From the NCBI RefSeq assembly GCF_023055435.1, contig NW_025963802.1, positions 614,355-678,354 of the forward strand: DNA of 64,000 bases, given 5' to 3'. Shown here piece after piece: positions 47,434 through 59,250 of the stretch (position 1 is its first letter; each line of letters begins with the position of its first letter). The position numbers were made by a program, and so were the translations under genes. Below the pieces are notes generated by a model that saw only the letters and a program-made list of their open reading frames with translations, did no database searches and was not told the DNA's origin. This DNA is from Haliotis rufescens. Taxonomy: Eukaryota.

Positions 47434-48174
47434 ATGCAGCGCTTATATTCTGTCGACATCCGGGTCAGTGAATTAGAGCGCATGCGCGTGGTATGGAGCG
47501 TGAACGTTGGAACAGGAAGGGCCACATTCGCATCTGATGCCGACTCTCATGACACAGATGGTGGTTCTGAAAATGTGCTGTTGTATTATCACAGCACCAT
47601 CTACATCAGCCTGTCGGGGGTTGATGGGCGTGGTGGTGATTGTGGCGCCGTTTCGACGTTGCTGGCCGTTAGAGAAGACGGTTCCAAAGGAACCATAGTG
47701 CATACATCCAGTTATCCACCATCAAATTTTGCTGTTTACGATGACGTCACGTTTTGTCATGACGACAACGTTCAGATGCCAGTCGTCTGGGTTGCTCAGC
47801 AACGGGGTTCTGTTATTTCAGCACTTAACCCGAAAACTAAAAGCATGTTCATGAATATTACTTTAAATGCCTTACTGAATGTAAAACACGTCAGGCTATC
47901 CTCAAGACTAATGGTACACATCGACACTGCCGACAGGTTTGTTCTCATGCTCTCATTGAGCATTGCAAATACCACCGCTCTGATGTACTCCCAACACCTT
48001 GTGACGCTGCAAGGAGTTCTGTCTTCTCACAAAGCACCAACAGTGATGTGGAATACTGCATTACCTGATTCCTTTATGGTTGAAGGCCAAATCAGTTTTG
48101 TGAGCGCATCCTATGAGACGCTTGTCGGAACTGGTAGAAATATGACCGGTGTGTATGCATTTGGTTTCCGCTAA
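47434..48174 (+). CDS. Hypothetical protein, paralog 1, about 246 aa. It begins MQRLYSVDIRVSELE....
   Basis: It lies inside the 280-aa ORF 47332..48174. Similarity to the downstream ORF begins exactly at this ATG (MQRLYSVDI / MQRLYAIDL), and both C-termini end VEGQISFV.../EVQGQIAV.... No family is recognised. Confidence 0.5.
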   Translation: MQRLYSVDIRVSELERMRVVWSVNVGTGRATFASDADSHDTDGGSENVLLYYHSTIYISLSGVDGRGGDCGAVSTLLAVREDGSKGTIVHTSSYPPSNFAVYDDVTFCHDDNVQMPVVWVAQQRGSVISALNPKTKSMFMNITLNALLNVKHVRLSSRLMVHIDTADRFVLMLSLSIANTTALMYSQHLVTLQGVLSSHKAPTVMWNTALPDSFMVEGQISFVSASYETLVGTGRNMTGVYAFGFR

Positions 48175-48555
48175 AATAACATATACATGACAACTGAATA
48201 CATTAGAGAACGGTTATTTGTGCCACACGTCGTATGAATACATTCAATTGTTTCTTCTTAAATAAATTATTGTTTCAGTAGCCACGGCATTATTATTTTT
48301 TCATTTGTACGTGATTGCGAATCTATTCTATCTGTACAAGCAACCGCCTCGTTAAACTGCTTTCTACTCATTTAACGGCTGTCAACGGCGACTGTACCCG
48401 CCCCTACAGCTTAGCTTGTCCTTCCCCTCCCCTACCCCTCACACAGCACACACTACAGCTTACCTGTCCCTCCCTTCCTACCCTACCCCACTGCCTCAGA
48501 GAGCCTCGGGGAGCATCTCATCAGACAAAGATTGTTTGACCTCACTGCAAGCTGT

Positions 48556-48690
48556 CATCGTATCCTAATTGTGTGGATCGATGCTCTTGATATCAATCAC
48601 TGGATTGCCTTGTCCAGACTCGATTATTTACAGACCGCCGTCATATAGCTGGAATATTGCTGAGTGCGCCGTTAAACAACAAACAAACAC
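48556..48690 (+). mobile_element. Family D copy, truncated at the 5' end, with a target-site duplication of about 11 bp (cactgcaagct). It lies between the two unknown paralogous ORFs.
   Basis: The flanks read ctcactgcaagct|gtcatcg and caaacaaacactgcaagctt. Confidence 0.8.
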
Positions 48691-48842
48691 TGCAAGCTTA
48701 ACATTCTCACTGCCCTGGCTTAACTGAGCCTATACCCTTGTCTATAAAGACAAGGTAAAAGACTGGCATATTAATGGATATCATATTGTGTCGCAGATTA
48801 AACCAGGTTCTTCCACATTTTCCACAGCTAGGTACTCTGGGT

Positions 48843-50213
48843 ATGCAGCGTCTGTACGCCATAGACCTCTTGGACCGCTTGTTGCAGCCTATCGATATCG
48901 TCTGGTACTTCAACCTGGAACTAGAGGTCAAGGTCAACTGCCGGCGACCAGAGAAATCTACGGAATCGTCCCAAGATGAAGGGAAACAAAACGCTGGGAA
49001 CGTAGCAGGTAGTAAACATAAACCCACGTCCGAGATCTCACGTGATAAGAAGATAGTAGGACCTGGGAACCCTGATGAAATGAAACGGTCTCGTCTCTCC
49101 AGAAACAAACGTGACACACTCGAGCACGACACGAGACTGAAGTATATGACGGCTAATCAGGTGGATGGTAACTCCGTCCTCCTAGACATGCTCACACGAT
49201 CTGAAACAAAGGGTGGAACAAATATTTGGGAACCAACCAACAGTTTGCGGAATCCAGTACTTCGACATGGCGAATCTAAGGATGTTGTGGGAATGGTTCA
49301 GGACGAATTCATTCTTTCTACCGGTACAGGAAACACAAACAAGCATCAAAACTCTGGTACTTCCGGTACGGGCGGTTCACACAAGGGCCGCCATCCCAGC
49401 GACAGGATTCGTCACCAATGGTCTCAGCAGGCAAGTGAACAGTCCAGTTTGATATACTTCTTTGGAACAGTGATGGCAAGTGTGGCGCCCCCTACAGGGA
49501 TCTGTGATATGCTGACATTGGAAGAAAATCGTCAGTGCTGCCTGGAAAGCTCATTTTCCAAATTGGTGGGTATTCAAGATCTAGGTACAAACATGAGCTT
49601 GTCGTACAGCAATAACTTCTCCCTCTCTCATATGTCGGTCTATGACGATTCCTATGGCAGACAGGGTCTGGACTCGTCATGGAACGCTCGTGTGAAACAA
49701 AAACTCCGGGACACAGATCCTAACGGCGAAAAAACAACAGTCACTCACTCAAAGCAACGGGCCAGGCTTGGCGAGGGAAGCCTAGTGTGGGCTGTCACGC
49801 AGTTTGGCGACACCATTAACGGATTCGATCAAATCTCCAGCCAGGTCCAACAAATCGCTAACGTCTCCCACATGCTAAACACCAGCGTACAAGTGACGTC
49901 AAGGGTAATGGTAGCCATAGATCCCAAAACGCATGCTGACCTCCTTCTTTTCGCCGTAAGACGGGTTAATAAAACTCAGCCCCACTCTTCCTATAATGCG
50001 ACGAATTACTTGGTTGCCTTGGATACATCCTTTGGGGACGGTCAGCAAAACATAATGTGGACACTTCCGGTTCCCTATGATTATGAAGTTCAAGGTCAGA
50101 TTGCCGTGTTGGAAGTTCCGTGGGTTAAAAGCTCTTCGCCGCTTTTAGTCGCAACAGCCCAGGGTCCTGTCAGCCAGATAGCGTTCGCCTTTAACTTCAC
50201 CCAGACAGGGTGA
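48843..50213 (+). CDS. Hypothetical protein, paralog 2, about 456 aa. It begins MQRLYAIDLLDRL... and carries an inserted low-complexity region of about 170 aa rich in S/T/G/K.
   Basis: It lies inside the 479-aa ORF 48774..50213 and is homologous to 47434..48174 at the N-terminal and C-terminal thirds (VYDD, MWNTALP/IMWTLPVP, VEGQISF/VQGQIAV). Confidence 0.5.
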   Translation: MQRLYAIDLLDRLLQPIDIVWYFNLELEVKVNCRRPEKSTESSQDEGKQNAGNVAGSKHKPTSEISRDKKIVGPGNPDEMKRSRLSRNKRDTLEHDTRLKYMTANQVDGNSVLLDMLTRSETKGGTNIWEPTNSLRNPVLRHGESKDVVGMVQDEFILSTGTGNTNKHQNSGTSGTGGSHKGRHPSDRIRHQWSQQASEQSSLIYFFGTVMASVAPPTGICDMLTLEENRQCCLESSFSKLVGIQDLGTNMSLSYSNNFSLSHMSVYDDSYGRQGLDSSWNARVKQKLRDTDPNGEKTTVTHSKQRARLGEGSLVWAVTQFGDTINGFDQISSQVQQIANVSHMLNTSVQVTSRVMVAIDPKTHADLLLFAVRRVNKTQPHSSYNATNYLVALDTSFGDGQQNIMWTLPVPYDYEVQGQIAVLEVPWVKSSSPLLVATAQGPVSQIAFAFNFTQTG

Positions 50214-51102
50214 AGGAACAATTGCCCTGTTGTACAAACATTCTGGGGAAAACTGAAGGTCATTGTTCCATATGATGTCTTCGGTAATTTACGATGAATG
50301 TCTCCTGCTCGCCCCTGGATTGATGTGTCCGGTTTAATCTTAATGTATACTGGACAAAAAAAGTTAGGGATCATGACTACTTGGGGGTGGGACATTTTTA
50401 TGACATTGTGTGCGAAGTCTTCATTGCAGCATCCAATATATCTCCCGAGCTTGCATTTCCGTGAACCTACACAAATCCCAGGATCTGTTCCCGAGGTTTC
50501 GCGATCTCAAATTACCCGCCCTTGACTTTCAGCGACCAATCAAACATCGAAATAAAGAAAAGGTAAATGTGTGCAGGAGGACTTACCACTGCCAGTCATG
50601 ATGGAAATGAATCCATCAAACACATTTTTAGGGCTTTCTTTTGCGTGTCAGTCAGTTTTTCAATGTTGAATTTCTCGCAAACTCTATATCAATGAATGGA
50701 ACTGGTCGCCATGTTGTTGATATCGCCAACCTAACATTGAGCCTGGTTTGTAACTCGCATTCTGACTGGTCCCTTAGACTGAGTGGCGTAGCAAATCAAA
50801 TCATATTATATCCTCGCTTGACAACCGTATAAGGATCTATCCGATCTATACCGAAACGTCGCCTTTAAAGTAAAATAAAGAAGATGGTATCCATAAATTG
50901 TGTCTACTTTGGCAAATCAAACTGGCTAATGGTGAAAACCAAGGGTGGGTAATTTGAGATCGCGAGAACCACAGGACTGATCTAGGGATTTATAGCGTAC
51001 ATTTGCCGAGCCCTTGAGATAATTACAGAGTGTGTCGTTACAAAACAAAAATTCAAAAAATTATCATGATCCCTAACAATTTTTGTTCGGCGTATATAAA
51101 GT

Positions 51103-51352
51103 TTGTTTGTTTGATGTTTAACGCCGCACTCAGCAATATTCCAGCTATATGACGGTGGTCTGGACAAGACAATCCAGTGATTGACAACATGAGCATCCAT
51201 CCACGCAATTGGGATCGATAACATGAATCAATCAAGTCAGCGAGCCTGACCACCCGATCCCGTTAGTCGCCTTTTACGACAAGCATAGTCGCCTTTTACG
51301 GCAAGCATGGGTTGCTGAAGACCTATTCTACCCCGGATCTTCACGGGCCATA
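51103..51352 (-). mobile_element. Family D copy.
   Basis: Sequence identity. Confidence 0.8.
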
Positions 51353-51627
51353 TATAATTATAATGATCAAGTCAGATATTATGTTGTACACATTGTGACG
51401 ATTTAAAAGCTTACTGCGATTTGCTGACAAGGCCAAATGATGTGTGGTGTGTCGATGTTGATTAAAGAGTCTTGGTGATTTCCATAAATTTATACACATG
51501 TAAGATCGCTGATACGACTGATTCCTTTCCTGACAAATTATGTGTGTTATAATAACAGTGGACCAACTGTTTTATTTACATCAAACAACACAATCCGTAG
51601 TAACTAGAACATACCACCATGTTCTCC

Positions 51628-51842
51628 AGGGCTCTTCCCTAGGGCACACCAGAAACCTATGATTGTGGGTTTGAATCCCGATTCCCCCCGATTATGTTTC
51701 TAGGTTTGTCAGTACCAGACCCGTGCTTGTAGGTTATATCAGAGTGGTAAACGTCTGAGACCTGCATCACTTCGGGCCTTCCTCCCACATCAAGCTGACA
51801 CGTCGAGATATAAACGGCGTTAAATTCAACTCACTCACCCCA
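51628..51842 (+). mobile_element. SINE family B copy, truncated at the 5' end.
   Basis: Sequence identity. Confidence 0.75.
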
Positions 51843-51954
51843 AGGCTCTACTCAATGAGGAGCTGGTCATGTTTGACCTCTATGTTTGTGCGTCAGTGTA
51901 CCACAACGACGTTCACATTTAGTTTCAGTTTAAGATTAATTTTATTTCAGTGGT

Positions 51955-52160
51955 ATAGAGTAGCCTTGCTCCAAGGCTATACTGAAAGAAAAGACCACGG
52001 ATGTGTAACAATTCTACCCTCCTAACAGGCAAGTCTAGATATGTGGACAGTACTCCAGTCTCTTATAGGGACATCTTGTTCTTAGTATTTACATAATCTA
52101 GAACTTATGATTTAAACTATTAATTATTGCCTTAGAGACTTGTGCAAGTCTAGTTTGAGA
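51955..52160. repeat. Family E repeat copy.
   Basis: Identity to 32880-33245, 38045-38215 and 63480-63640. Confidence 0.55.
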
Positions 52161-52997
52161 GCAAAATATGTCATACTATACATAATGTATAATGTATAAT
52201 AATATGTATATGTATAATAATTTACATTAAACTGGTAATATTAGACTTGCACAAATCTCAAAGGCAATAATTATAAGTTTAAATGCTTTTGTTTGTTGTT
52301 TAACGCCGCACTCAAACATAACAAACTCAATTCAGCAATTATTACAGAGCTACAGATAAGCTGCGTATTTGCGTAAAATCCCCCCCCCCCCCCCCCCCCC
52401 CAAAAAAAAATAAATAAATAAATAAATATTCAAAACCCAATTACTTGCGTACAGAAACGCATACATTAAATGAAAAACTCCAATGTATAAATTGCATGCG
52501 TCAATACCCAGTGAAGCTTTTTCAGCATGCGTACAATGGAGCTAATTTCCGAAACACAATTTCGAGCAAGTTTACTTTCCGAGTCAAGCATATAGTTAGA
52601 ACCCTTATATACATCTAAACCTTATTATTATTTTTTTTGAAATCTCAAAATGTTTACTCATTTTGGAGAAAAAAAACCAATAGAGTGATGAATAGATGAG
52701 TGAAAAGATATTGGTTACTCAATGAAAAATGTTATAACCCAATTAAAATAGAAACCTTCGAGCAAAAACTCAATTGCTCAAAAAGTTATCTGGAGCTCTG
52801 GCAATACGATATACTAGAAGTATAAAGGTCTCGGCTGTACCGTCAATAGATCATAATTGAAAACTATTAAACAAAATATATGTTGCCATCGACAAATCCT
52901 TTCATGATAGACAATCATACATCGGTTTGGTGACAAAGATTCATACATTTTGAAATACCGACTACTGGTTCAAGTCATAATAAAAAGGCGAATCCGA

Positions 52998-53095
52998 TGG
53001 GCGGTGGGGTAGCCTAGTGGTTGAAGCGTTCGCTCGTCACGAGGCAGGCCCGGTTCGATTCTCCACAGCGGCGTAAAACCATACTCACTCGCTCG
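52998..53095 (+). mobile_element. SINE family A copy in plus orientation with an internal deletion.
   Basis: Reads gggcggtggggtagcctagtggttgaagcgttcgctcgtcacg...cggttcgattc...gcggcgtaaaaccatactcactcgc. Confidence 0.65.
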
Positions 53096-54304
53096 CTATT
53101 TAAATATAATGTTCTGCCACCTTCCATTTGGGAACACGACTATTTATGAGGCTGGTAAGCGGGATTCGAGTGTCTATTTAGAGGGTATTCGGGACCCAGG
53201 CTTGTGGTATGCGGAACGCAAATAAAATCGTAATAGGTGCGCAGATTCAACATTAAAACAACATTTATGGTATACGTAAAAACGTTCTTTTTATACTTAA
53301 TATTTTTACTTCATTCGTTCGGTAATTTAACTTCAAATCGCACCCTTTCATGAACTAGGAACGTGATCTGTGGGTTTTCATTCTGCCTTTGTGGAGAGCA
53401 CTCTGACGTGCTTTTGTGATTTGTGATCAGTGGTATTCGGGATTCGGGTGTGAATGAAAAGGCTCGGAATAAGACGGTATTGGGGATTCAGGGGAGGGGA
53501 GGTTGGTACCCTCATTTATCGTAATTTATAATACAAACCCTGAAACAGAAATGTCTTCCGAAAAGAATGATTATCTACATTAAAAGACAATTTCACTGTT
53601 GAACGTTCGAAGGTCGTTGAAACTAGGAAACAATTTGTCCATTTTTTTGTTACATTATTTCATGACCACGCTTCCTGTAATTAATTAGGTTTTTATCACC
53701 ACATTATATACATATTTTCGAAGATGTATTTAGACACTAGTTTTTCTCCCAGTAATCCAATGTACATATTGTATCCTACCAGAAGTGCGCGTGGCGTGTG
53801 TATAAGCACGGGCTAACTATTGTATACTCGACATCATGTACCGGTCTTGCTTTTGTGCCCCGCCCACTTCTCTGCAATAATCACGTGCATGTTGTGCTGC
53901 GCGTGGCAGACAAAACACAGACAGCGCCGCACACCATGGAGGCTAGGTGACCTTGCACGGACTGCACATGATGTAATCTTCTCAACCAGGGCGGGAATAT
54001 GCATGTTAACAAGAATAAAGTACTTATCAGCGCAGAACAAAAGAAAAAAATTCTCAGTCATCGGCTTGTCACGAGAAAATCCGAGGCTTTTCTGTCTTAG
54101 AGATCAATTATCAGTAGAAATCGGTCGGTCATCCGTTCTCTAAATATATCTTGATGAAATGCTGTTGACAAACTAATTATCATCTCCTCCTTTCATAGTT
54201 TAAAAAAACAAGAACAGGTATGCCCGAGATGTGTCACCACTCTTGTGAAGATTGTATCCATCGTCATGGTAACATGCAGCATGGCACCTCGTTAGGGGGC
54301 AATC

Positions 54305-54525
54305 ATTTGATTTTCAGCTACTTGACGGCGGTCTGTAAATAATAGTCTGGACCAGACAATCCAGTGACCAATATCATGAGCATCGATCCACGCAATTAGG
54401 ATCGATGACATGCATCAACCAAGTCAGGGTACCTGACCACCCGATCACGTCAGTCGCCTCTTTAGACAAGCATAGTCGCCATTTACGGCAAGCATGGGTT
54501 GCTGAAGACCTACTCTACTGCGATT
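54305..54525 (-). mobile_element. Family D copy.
   Basis: Sequence identity. Confidence 0.75.
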
Positions 54526-54711
54526 TTCGGGAGGGGTGGGGGAAGGGATCAATTACTTTCATAAATGAAACAAATGGGCATGTAATTTACTTTCCTACAA
54601 TGTAGAGGCTTCCATATCCCCACCCCCGAGAAGAAAATCAACAGGGTGCTATACTGAACGTTTAGGCGTGTTGTTTTAATCTAAGATACATCATGATCAC
54701 GGCATCATGGG

Positions 54712-54882
54712 GTGAGTGAGCGGGTATTGTTTTACGCCGCTTTTTGCAATATTCCAGTACTAACACGGCGGGGGACACCAGAAATGGGCTTCCCACATTG
54801 TACCCATGCATGTTGGGAATCGAACCCGGGTCTTCGGCGTGACAAGCGAACACTTTGACCACGAGGCTACCCCACCGCCCCT
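54712..54882 (-). mobile_element. SINE family A copy.
   Basis: Sequence identity. Confidence 0.8.
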
Positions 54883-54989
54883 CACTGCATCCTGACCCAC
54901 ACAGGCCCAAGTACATTTCACGAGGACATGGGTTTGAGCATACAGAATTATTACGACCTGCGTCACTGTTGTAATTGCCTCCAACATTA

Positions 54990-55132
54990 GTGAGGGAGTT
55001 TGATTTTACGCTGCTTTTAGCAATATTCCAGCAATATCACGGCGGGGGACACCAGAAATGGGCTTCACACTCGAACCCGGGACTTCGGCGTGACGAGCGA
55101 ACGCTTTAACCACTAGGCTACCCGACCGCCCC
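54990..55132 (-). mobile_element. SINE family A copy with an internal deletion.
   Basis: Sequence identity. Confidence 0.7.
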
Positions 55133-56463
55133 GCCTTCAACATTAAGGCGACATGAAATCGGGTATAACATTGCGTACAGATTCTTGCACTTACATACAG
55201 TAAATACTCATCATGAAGCCATGTCAGGATGGTGATATCTGATTGGTTCACGTGTTGATAAAATACTGTGTACTATAGTTCGGTTGGTTTTATAGTTCTA
55301 GCCTCACTGAATTGATGAGATGATGTAACTTCGCGTTCAAGATTATTGCACTTATATAGCGACGAGCAGGCACGTGTGGCTGCTGGTTTGCTTATTGTTT
55401 TTAATTCCGCACACATCAATATTCCAGCTATACAACGGCGGCCTGTAAATATCGATTCTGGGCCTAACAATCCAGTGATCGATATTATGAGCAACGATCC
55501 GCGTCGTTTGGTTACGATGACTGGCAATCAACAAGTTACCCCGATCCATTTGGTAGCTATATGGCTGAAATAATGTCGATGCGACGTTGTTTTGACTGAC
55601 TCACTCTTACGATCAGCAAAGGCTGCTGGGAAAACGACTGTCGGGGTTAACACACACTCATTTGTTAACAAACGTGTGAGTGTTAATTACAGTACATATT
55701 TTAAGTATATGCATGTTAAAACAATCGTTCCTTTCACGGTAAACTAATGTCATTTGACAAAGAAAAACAAACAATCTTGTATGAATTACATCTATATTCT
55801 ATGATACTAAAACTACTACTTCTCAATACAGCAGAGCCTTTACAAAGTCGCCCTATTTACAGGAGGCATATTCCATCAGTATTCGATACTGGCGGTCATA
55901 AAATAACATATCAATAAAACTGTCGGAAACTTCTAAAATTTCAAATTTACAATGGCGTATAATCCTACATGCTAAAGCATCATAAATAAAATCATTAAAT
56001 GCACAATAATTAAGATCTACTGGAAAATCAACAAAAACTCTGAAATCCTAAAATGTAAAATTTCAAGCTAATTCTTATAACGTACTCTGAGAATGATTTT
56101 TTTTCAAACTAAAACGTCTCCAAATTTGACAGTCCATTGCACCACATACATTGTTAAAATGTCCCTGCATTTTAACACATAAGCACTGTATTCTTTGTCA
56201 AAACGGTAAATTCGTTTTGAACACAGCACTCCTCTTCAACACATTCACGTGTTCCTAGGCTAAACAATAAACAAAACTAGATAGTTAATATCATACACAA
56301 CACAGGCGAGTTCATCATCAATTTCTCATTCGAGTCAAGATTAAAATCAGTTGCGAATAAAATCAGCTCCATTCATCTGGAAAACTGGATGCATTACGAG
56401 TCCCCGTTATAACAACACACTTGAAAGGTGGAATGTAACAGTATACACACTCTGGTAAACTCT

Positions 56464-57351
56464 TCATGTACGACGCTTTTTACCTGTGGCCATGCGCGTC
56501 GTACGGAGAGGAGAGGGGCTGGTTCGAAACTCCGAGTCGTTGTTGAAGGGACAGTATTTGATGGTGTGGGCGTGGTCCCCGATGGCTTGGCAGATTGGAC
56601 ACGGGTACTTCCTCAACACTGGGCACGCTGTATACCCACGGGAATCCTTCAAAACATGTCCTGTGTACACGTGTGGAGGTTCTTTGTTGTTCTTGCAGAA
56701 TACACAGATCAACTTCGATTTTTTCTTCCCCTGCACCTGTAGTTGTGTGGCATCACCACGGGCTGTCTTGCACTGTTTGAGCCACAGGTATTCCTTGATC
56801 CGATCATTTGGAACAACCGGGATCTCGCGGGTGGGGGGTTCGTGCCCACGCACCTTTTGTTGTATGATGTCATACTCGTCCAGTTCGTAAGTAGTTCCGT
56901 TTCTTTCGAATTCCGCCGTCGTCAAAGCACAAAGTCTTTCCTGGTCTAACTTGCTGAAATTCGAATTCACAAGCGATGGATTTGAAGCTTGGAAACTTGC
57001 ATATTTGAAGCTGTCGCTACTCTCGTCCGATGACAGGGAAATATCGGAACTAGGGCTCAGCTCGCCCCGGCCCCCGGCGAACTCCTGACACAACCCAAAG
57101 TAGTCCTGGTAGGGGTCGTAGATGTGGTCGTTCCCCAGACATAACACGTCGCTAAACGCGGAGTCATTCCTACCTATGAAGTCTTCTTTGGCGGACAAGA
57201 TTTTCTTCTTGGCGAGCTGTGGCGTGAATTTGGGGATCTGAGGGAGTAGTAGGCTTTGGTGGTTTGGAACACCATCCCCAGCGAGTAGTTCAAAGTCGTC
57301 AGTCGTACGACAGTCCCCGGAGTCAGGTTCCAGCACAGGGTGTAGTAGCAT
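56464..57351 (-). CDS. nanos: Nanos-type RNA-binding zinc-finger protein, 295 aa. It is a single exon.
   Basis: The ORF 56464..57366 contains [53 protein letters not shown]. This matches the two CCHC knuckles of the nanos zinc finger exactly, as C-x2-C-x12-H-x10-C and C-x2-C-x7-H-x4-C. The first in-frame ATG is at 57351, and the track start at 57366 is a GTG. There is an upstream in-frame TGA. Confidence 0.88.
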   Translation of the reverse strand: MLLHPVLEPDSGDCRTTDDFELLAGDGVPNHQSLLLPQIPKFTPQLAKKKILSAKEDFIGRNDSAFSDVLCLGNDHIYDPYQDYFGLCQEFAGGRGELSPSSDISLSSDESSDSFKYASFQASNPSLVNSNFSKLDQERLCALTTAEFERNGTTYELDEYDIIQQKVRGHEPPTREIPVVPNDRIKEYLWLKQCKTARGDATQLQVQGKKKSKLICVFCKNNKEPPHVYTGHVLKDSRGYTACPVLRKYPCPICQAIGDHAHTIKYCPFNNDSEFRTSPSPLRTTRMATGKKRRT

Positions 57352-58805
57352 TGTTGAATCAGCCACAGGTCGCCTCCGAGTTAAAGATGGTAGCCTCGGT
57401 CAATGGTGCGCCGCCTTGGGTGATAGAATTTGGGCAGCACTGACGACTCTTGCACCTGGCACGTGTGACGGCGCACGGATTCCACGTGCATTTTATAACT
57501 CGCCATACGTCCAGGCCGCCAACGGTTTTCATTGGCTCGGGTTTTCCCGTCAATTAACAATTGGGCGGCGCTTACATTATTTGTAAACATAAATCACGTG
57601 ACACTAAAGTCGTTGGGGTAACGAAGTAACTATTTTATCAGAAATGACGATCAGTTTGATATTTTGTATCTCAACCATAAATGTTATTTTTGATGACGCA
57701 CTCAAAATACAATGATGATAATTTAAGTACGTGAAGTCGCAATATAATATATTTTCAGCATGCCAGCGGAAATCATGTAGTTATATAAAAATGTAACAGC
57801 GCCATTGACAATATTGTTTCCAATATATAAAGGAATGATGTTACCCGTTTAGATGCATATACAGCTAATAATTATGGTAAAAACTAAGTAGCATCAACTT
57901 GACCTTACACGCGAAGAATGTGGGACCTAGTATGAATGGACTGACAGTGACACAATGTAACACTACATGAATTTGCAATATAGCTACAGTATTGCCACGT
58001 CGCAATGAAACGGCCTTATCAAACACACGGCGCAATATATTTGAAGAGTATCACAATGAGCCACAATGACTGTAAACCAATATCTAATGCATTGCCATGA
58101 TGTACAAAATATAAGCGTCAAAGCCATGTCCATAATCTTAATACACCTCAGCCAATAGAAATACTTAAATTGGTCTTATCGAAAACTCCACGAAGCTGAG
58201 AAGATGCAATTTACACTGTAGTGCGTGGATTCAGATCAGTAGGGCGAATTTTTAAAAAGTCGAATATTTGTTTTGATTTCATCAAAATGTTGAGTAGGGG
58301 AAACATCAATTGTGAGAGGGTATGTTTAAGAGGAATTTTCAACAGATATTAATTATGGTATTTTAATAATTTATTTATAAGAGTATATTAACACAAAATC
58401 ACTGCTTTTCATTTTTTGTCAAATCTGGCCTTGTATGAGTAGGGGAAACATCAATTGTGAGAGGGTATGTTTAAGAGGAATTTTCAACAGATATTAATTA
58501 TGGTATTTTAATAATTTATTTATAAGAGTATATTAACACAAAATCACTGCTTTTCATTTTTTGTCAAATCTGGCCTTGTATGAACAAACAGAAATATAGG
58601 GATGTGGGTTGAAAATAGAAATATGATATAATTAAACATTGGATCAAAGCATTTCACGTATTCCTGAACAAATGCACTTGTTAGACCTTTACAAAACTGC
58701 AATATAGTTGAAAAAAATAATATAAATTTTATTTCCCAGCTATCATCAGAACGGCTATAGTGCTTGACATTTCTGCCCTCGATGTCTACAGCCCATGCAG
58801 GAATG

Positions 58806-58970
58806 TGAGTGAGTGAGTTTGGTTTTACGCCGCTTTTAGCAATATTCCAGCAATATCACGGCGGGGGACACCAGAAATGGGCTTCACACATTGTACCCAT
58901 GTCGGGAATCGAACCCGGGTCTTCGGCGTGACGAGCGAACGCTTTAACCACTAGGCTTTCCGACCGCCCC
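58806..58970 (-). mobile_element. SINE family A copy flanked by a target-site duplication of about 11 bp (tgcaggaatgt).
   Basis: The 5' flank reads catgcaggaatgt|gagtgag and the 3' flank reads ccgcccc|tgcaggaatgtaagt. Confidence 0.85.
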
Positions 58971-59077
58971 TGCAGGAATGTAAGTGCAGTTATATTGTGT
59001 ACGGCACTTACATGAAAATGGCAATGTAATGGTAAAGCGCAGACCACATCCCACCTTGGCCCACTTGCACAAAGCGA

Positions 59078-59250
59078 TCTTTGGCTCGCTAACTTGATTG
59101 ATTCATGCCATCGTATCCAAATTGCGTGGATCGATGCTCATGATGTCAATCACTGGATTGTCTAATCGAGACTCAATTATTTTCAGACCGCCGTCATGTA
59201 GCAGGAATATTGCTGAGTGAGGCGTTAAACAACAAACAAACAAACAATCG
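59078..59250 (+). mobile_element. Family D copy, truncated at the 5' end.
   Basis: Sequence identity. Confidence 0.7.

Noticed and set aside
56428-56949. Plus-strand ORFs of 61-134 aa antisense to nanos.
   Set aside because: They are antisense artefacts within the nanos coding region.
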